The notes beneath the pieces were generated by a model, which was not told the DNA's origin, made no database searches, and saw only the letters and a program-made list of their open reading frames with translations. The position numbers and the translations under genes are program-made. This document shows positions 28,310 through 32,000 of a DNA stretch of 32,000 nt, piece by piece. This stretch comes from an uncultured archaeon (lineage in GTDB: Archaea > Asgardarchaeota > Jordiarchaeia > Jordiarchaeales > Jordiarchaeaceae), in assembly GCA_964510585.1 (NCBI GenBank), contig CAZECW010000076.1, forward strand, positions 29,884 to 61,883, in the 5' to 3' direction. Positions within the stretch are counted from its first letter, which is position 1; every line of letters begins with the position of its first letter.

Positions 28310-29359
28310 TTACTTGCCTCCTCCTAACCTCCTTAGTAATAGTTCCAGAAGTTTTTCTGTTTCGCTTTTAGGCACCACAGCTGCAAAAACTTCTTCTTTA
28401 CCCCCCGCTTCGTATCCCAAATTGTTGGCAAAATTGATTAGTTCTTGGGAGCAAAAAAGTTTATTCCCGCTTCTCATATACACCTGATCTCTGTCCGGAA
28501 ACCAGCCCCTATTTATTACAACCACTATGCTGTCATTGTTTTTCCAAGCCAGCCGCCTCGTGACAGTAGATGTTACATTGTAGGGGGTGTTTATATCCCA
28601 GATTAGAATCTTACCTTCTCTGCGGGTAGGTGGTCTACTGGTTTGTTTTTCTACCTCTTTTCTTAGAACTTTAAGATTATTGTTCCATAAAGGGTTTTCC
28701 AAAATTATTTGTGGATCATTTTGCAGTAGTGTGAATGGTGCTTTGAGAACCCCCCTTCTGTCTCCAACTTTATAGTTGGTGTCTATTAGCTCCACCATTC
28801 TGAGAAGATCGTTGAAGGAAAGCCCCGATTCCTCGAGGTATTCCTCTATCGTTATGTAAACTTCTCTTTTATCTTTGAGTTTAGTTTCGTGGTCGGCTAC
28901 AGCACCCAACACCGCAGGAAGGGTTACCGGATTATTTAGATAGCAGTTTAAAAACCAGGAGGCTGAGGGATATTTTTCACCATTGTTTCCTTCGATTAGG
29001 GGGTTGAAGTGGTGTATTTCTTCTATTTTTTCTTGAATGTGGTGGTCGAAGTAGAAAACTTCTGCTTTGGAATGTTCTTTGAGTTTGAGAATGTTGTTTT
29101 TGGGAAGGTTTATGTCTACTATGATTATGAACTGGCAATTTTTTGAGCTTATTTTCTCAATTTCATCGTCGCTAAGACGATAATTCCCAATAGGGGGAGT
29201 GTAATTCTCAATAGCAAATTTGTTCTTCTCTTTTCTAAGGTACTGCAGTAGTAAAGCCGCTGAGGAAATGCCGTCTGTGTCCCAGTGATGAATTATCAAT
29301 CCTTCGTCATAGTTCTTAACGCTTTCAAGCTCTAGTTCATCGCTTTTGAAAGAAAACAT
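28310..29359 (-). CDS. DHH-family phosphoesterase (candidate PAP 3'-phosphatase)
   Basis: HHWDTDG, VDIN, FDHH, YPSAS, LGAVAD; DHHA1-like end AGGKEEVFAA; ATG directly after the sat stop. Confidence 0.85.
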   Translation of the reverse strand: MFSFKSDELELESVKNYDEGLIIHHWDTDGISSAALLLQYLRKEKNKFAIENYTPPIGNYRLSDDEIEKISSKNCQFIIIVDINLPKNNILKLKEHSKAEVFYFDHHIQEKIEEIHHFNPLIEGNNGEKYPSASWFLNCYLNNPVTLPAVLGAVADHETKLKDKREVYITIEEYLEESGLSFNDLLRMVELIDTNYKVGDRRGVLKAPFTLLQNDPQIILENPLWNNNLKVLRKEVEKQTSRPPTRREGKILIWDINTPYNVTSTVTRRLAWKNNDSIVVVINRGWFPDRDQVYMRSGNKLFCSQELINFANNLGYEAGGKEEVFAAVVPKSETEKLLELLLRRLGGGK

Positions 29360-30505
29360 TTAGGTTTCACCTACAAAGGGATTTCTGAAGCGCAGGATTA
29401 TGTCGGCTACTTCTGGTCGCATCATTTCCTCTGGTGGTCTCTGTCCTTTGATGAGCATTTCGCGGATTTTTGTTCCGCTGAATTTTATGTGCTGTTCTTC
29501 TCCGTGGGGGCAAGTTTTCTCATTTACAACCCCACCGCATTTTTTGCAGTAGTAGAACGCTTTGAAGAATAGGGGAATTATTCCCAAGTCTGGAAACTCG
29601 TCGAAAATGTCTTGCGCGGCGTATGGAGGGTAGAAGTCACCCACTCCTGCATGATCCCTTCCCACTATGAAGTGGGTGCACCCAAAGTTTTTCCTCACGA
29701 TAGCGTGAAATATTGCTTCTCGGGGCCCCGCGTATCTCATTTCGAAGGGTAGAATGCTTATGACGGCGCGGTCTTTTAGATAGTAGTGTTTTATCAGAGC
29801 ATTGTAGGCTTCCAGTATTACTTCGTCCCGAAAGTCGCCGGTCTTCTTTTTTCCGATGACGGGATTAATGAACACTCCGTCGACAAAGGTTAAAGCTGTC
29901 TTTTGAACATATTCGTGCCCCAAATGAGGCGCGTTCCTAGTTTGGAATCCGACTATTGTTCTCCACCCTTTCTCCTTAAATAGAATCCTGGTTTCTACTG
30001 GCTTTAGATTATATTTTGAAAAAGGGGTTTTCATTTCAGTTATTAGATCAATCTTCCCACCCAAAAGGCGTTCTCCCATACTATTGACCTTCGCCACGCC
30101 TGGGTGTTTAGCGTCCAGGGTCCCATAGACTTTCTGAGCAAATTCCCTTTTATCATATTTGTACACATCCTCGACACGCATTAGTGCCAGAGTCCCCTTC
30201 TCGTATGAGAGAGTGATTGTATCTCCCGCCCTTACTTCAAAGTTATTTGGAATATCTAAGACTATTGGTAGTGTCCAAGGCAAATCGTTGGCTAATCTCT
30301 TTTCGTCTAGTACACTATGATAATCCTCCTCCAGAAGGAAGCCCTCCAGAGGACTGAAGACGCCCCTAGCTATGTTCTCCACATCTTTAGCCAGTCCTTC
30401 ATTAATATTTATAGTGGATAGTTCGCCTACCTGTTCTAGAAGTCTTTCTTTTTCACGCTCCGGTATTTCCCGGTTTACCAGTTTTCCACCGTGGGGCTTG
30501 GGCAT
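29360..30505 (-). CDS. sat: Sulfate adenylyltransferase (ATP sulfurylase)
   Basis: MPKPHGGKLV, FSPLEGF, FQTRNAPHLGHE, MRYAGPREAIFHAIVRKNFGCTHFIVGRDHAG, FSGTKIREML. Confidence 0.97.
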   Translation of the reverse strand: MPKPHGGKLVNREIPEREKERLLEQVGELSTININEGLAKDVENIARGVFSPLEGFLLEEDYHSVLDEKRLANDLPWTLPIVLDIPNNFEVRAGDTITLSYEKGTLALMRVEDVYKYDKREFAQKVYGTLDAKHPGVAKVNSMGERLLGGKIDLITEMKTPFSKYNLKPVETRILFKEKGWRTIVGFQTRNAPHLGHEYVQKTALTFVDGVFINPVIGKKKTGDFRDEVILEAYNALIKHYYLKDRAVISILPFEMRYAGPREAIFHAIVRKNFGCTHFIVGRDHAGVGDFYPPYAAQDIFDEFPDLGIIPLFFKAFYYCKKCGGVVNEKTCPHGEEQHIKFSGTKIREMLIKGQRPPEEMMRPEVADIILRFRNPFVGET

Positions 30506-30533
30506 AAACAGAACCTTCCCAATTTATAAGGAG

Positions 30534-30767
30534 TTAGCCGAGGTAACCTAGGGCTCTAAGCCGCTCCTTTACTCTCTCCTCATCCTCTTTGCTGAAGGGT
30601 TCTCCTTCTTCCTCTTCTTCCTCAGCCACAATTTCCCGAAGCACATATGTTACATAGCTTGAAACCGAGGTAAAACCGGTGCCCTTTATTCTTTCCTGAA
30701 CCTTTTTAAATAGAGGTGTAGGTATAGAAACGGTGGTAAATTTTTTATCCTTCTTGGGCAAATCCAA
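30534..30767 (-). CDS. CopG/ribbon-helix-helix regulator with acidic linker and C-terminal RLRALGY helix
   Basis: FTTVSIPTPLFKKVQERIKGTGFTSVSSYVTYVLREIV (RHH), EEEEEEG linker, EDEERVKERLRALGYLG tail; TTG start after GGGTG. Confidence 0.85.
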   Translation of the reverse strand: MDLPKKDKKFTTVSIPTPLFKKVQERIKGTGFTSVSSYVTYVLREIVAEEEEEEGEPFSKEDEERVKERLRALGYLG

Positions 30768-30778
30768 ACACCCTGTAA

Positions 30779-30792
30779 TTAATTATAATTAA
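30779..30792. promoter_or_regulatory. 14-bp perfect palindrome, candidate operator of the RHH-sat operon
   Basis: TTAATTATAATTAA, 12 nt upstream of the RHH start, over the expected transcription start. Confidence 0.35.
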
Positions 30793-30809
30793 CAATAATA
30801 GTTCAGCCC

Positions 30810-30825
30810 ATTAAAAACCTTTACT
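30810..30825 (-). promoter_or_regulatory. Putative BRE/TATA promoter of the RHH-sat-DHH-AlkP-cysC operon
   Basis: Minus strand AGTAAAGG-TTTTTAAT about 45 nt upstream of the start codon. Confidence 0.35.
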
Positions 30826-30888
30826 AATCAAAAAATTTTGAACTTAAAGAAGCATTTAGAAGGATTACGACGAGCCTCAATCTATGAC

Positions 30889-31239
30889 CTATACCTTTTT
30901 TTGGATTTTTAATTCTTTGATTCTTTTCTTTATCAGGATTTCTTCAGTTACCAGTTCCTGGTATAGGACTTGTCTTTTAGCTGGTTCTGAGTCTTCGCGA
31001 AATATTTCTTTTAGGACCCTGCCGTCCATCTCCCTCGGCACGGGAACGTTGAATAGGTGCAGTATGGTGGGGGCGAGGTCGTAGATTTTTACGTCTCCGA
31101 TTTTTCCACAGTTCTTGATGTCTGGACCGCATGCTAGAAATACTCCGTGAAGCTTGTGATAAGCGGACCAAACCCTATTCTCATAGTCCCAAACACTCCT
31201 CATCAAACTATCATAAACACGGTAACCCTCACTCGGTAT
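30889..31239 (-). repeat. Copy 2 of the 351-nt direct repeat
   Basis: About 96% identical to 22580-22930 by manual comparison. Confidence 0.92.
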
Positions 31240-32000
31240 TACTATCAGGTCTGGCGACAATTCCAGATGTTCCCCATGGTAAATTTCCTCCTTTCTTTTA
31301 ACGTCAGAGACCGGATTTTCCCCTGTTTTTGGATTTTTTATCGTTTTTATTTCTTTGATTAGTAGCGTCCTTAGTGTTTCGTAATCTTTTTGGTTAAGTT
31401 CTGGGTTTAAGAATACCCCACATTCTCCGACACAAATGGCTTTAGTTGAGCCCCAGTCCACTTGCCATATTAGCTCCGGGCTTGAAACCTCTGGTGGAAG
31501 AATCTTCTGCTGGAGACTCATTAATTTTTCTGGAGGTATTATTCTTCTCACCATTTTATCCAGGCCTAATTGGCGTACAACATGTAATATTTTCTTATTG
31601 AATAGTCGGAGCCTGCTTAGTAATATGTTAAAAAGGGACAGATTCAAATATCCATTCTCCAAAAACCAGTTATTCAGGCAGAAGGTTGCCTTTAAGCTTG
31701 TAAAGCCATGATCGGAAATAATTAAAATATTAGTATCTTCTCCAACTTCTTCAAGAAGTTTTCCTATTTCTGAATCAATCATCTTCCAAATATTTTCAAT
31801 GACTCTACCAAACCGTTCATCCTCTGTTTCCATTTCTTTCCAGAAAAAGTGTTGCACCGCATCGGTGTAAAAAAGGGTTAGTTGAACAAAATCAGGCGAG
31901 TAAAGTTTGATTAGGTATTTGGTTACTTCGAATCTCTTTTTAATAAGCTCCTCCACTTCTGAGACAAACCTATCTTTTCTAGCCAATTGGTGCTGCGGAT
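30889..32000 (-). CDS. AlkP-superfamily (COG3379-like) protein, long form, 5'-truncated by the window edge
   Basis: Frame is open beyond the track's TTG at 31986 to position 32000 (PQHQLARKDR...); TDAVQH, ISDHG, SAYH; close paralog of 22580-24160. Confidence 0.9.
   Translation of the reverse strand, partial: PQHQLARKDRFVSEVEELIKKRFEVTKYLIKLYSPDFVQLTLFYTDAVQHFFWKEMETEDERFGRVIENIWKMIDSEIGKLLEEVGEDTNILIISDHGFTSLKATFCLNNWFLENGYLNLSLFNILLSRLRLFNKKILHVVRQLGLDKMVRRIIPPEKLMSLQQKILPPEVSSPELIWQVDWGSTKAICVGECGVFLNPELNQKDYETLRTLLIKEIKTIKNPKTGENPVSDVKRKEEIYHGEHLELSPDLIVIPSEGYRVYDSLMRSVWDYENRVWSAYHKLHGVFLACGPDIKNCGKIGDVKIYDLAPTILHLFNVPVPREMDGRVLKEIFREDSEPAKRQVLYQELVTEEILIKKRIKELKIQKKV

Noticed and set aside
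26377-30505. sat plus cysC as assimilatory or dissimilatory sulfate reduction
   Set aside because: No cysH, sir, aprAB or dsr in the window, and the context is glycan biosynthesis. Cannot be excluded genome-wide.
494-31711. Many short ORFs in the track that lie antisense or out of frame within the called genes
   Set aside because: Shadow ORFs of well-supported genes, with no independent motifs.
1-32000. tRNA, rRNA, CRISPR array, integrase or in-frame Sec/Pyl recoding
   Set aside because: No T-loop (GTTCRANTC) cloverleaf, no regularly spaced repeats and no recombinase motifs were seen. All core genes are intact without readthrough.

Overview
Archaeal chromosomal window, most likely an Asgard-type archaeon (inference from a longin-domain protein with the DxDxLSGFISAIxSF motif, GGAGG/GGTGA ribosome-binding sites, Sulfolobus-type homocitrate synthase and W-type AOR). 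Left half (1-15 kb): CBS protein, glycine cleavage gcvPA-gcvPB with a convergent gcvT, a SNAP-like TPR protein, a small zincin, a membrane hexapeptide protein, homocitrate synthase-RAM, ferredoxin plus aldehyde:ferredoxin oxidoreductase, a long helical-repeat protein and a longin-wHTH-wHTH (NPRL2-like) protein. Right half (15-32 kb, all on the minus strand): a surface-glycan locus (flippase, DUF2079 GT-C, two GT2, sugar-phosphate nucleotidyltransferase) joined to a PAPS-synthesis operon (RHH regulator-sat-DHH-AlkP-cysC) and two further AlkP-superfamily paralogs. No PAPS reductase and no canonical P-loop sulfotransferase is present in the window. Best candidate for an undescribed system: PAPS-dependent glycan sulfation carried out by cytoplasmic AlkP/NPP-fold enzymes, with a DHH enzyme removing PAP and an RHH regulator whose C-terminal RLRALGY helix may supply in trans the tail missing from the operon's short AlkP. 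Two long AlkP paralogs share a 351-nt tract at about 96% identity (gene conversion-like). All family calls come from motif recognition by eye; no database searches were run. No tRNA, rRNA or CRISPR array was seen.
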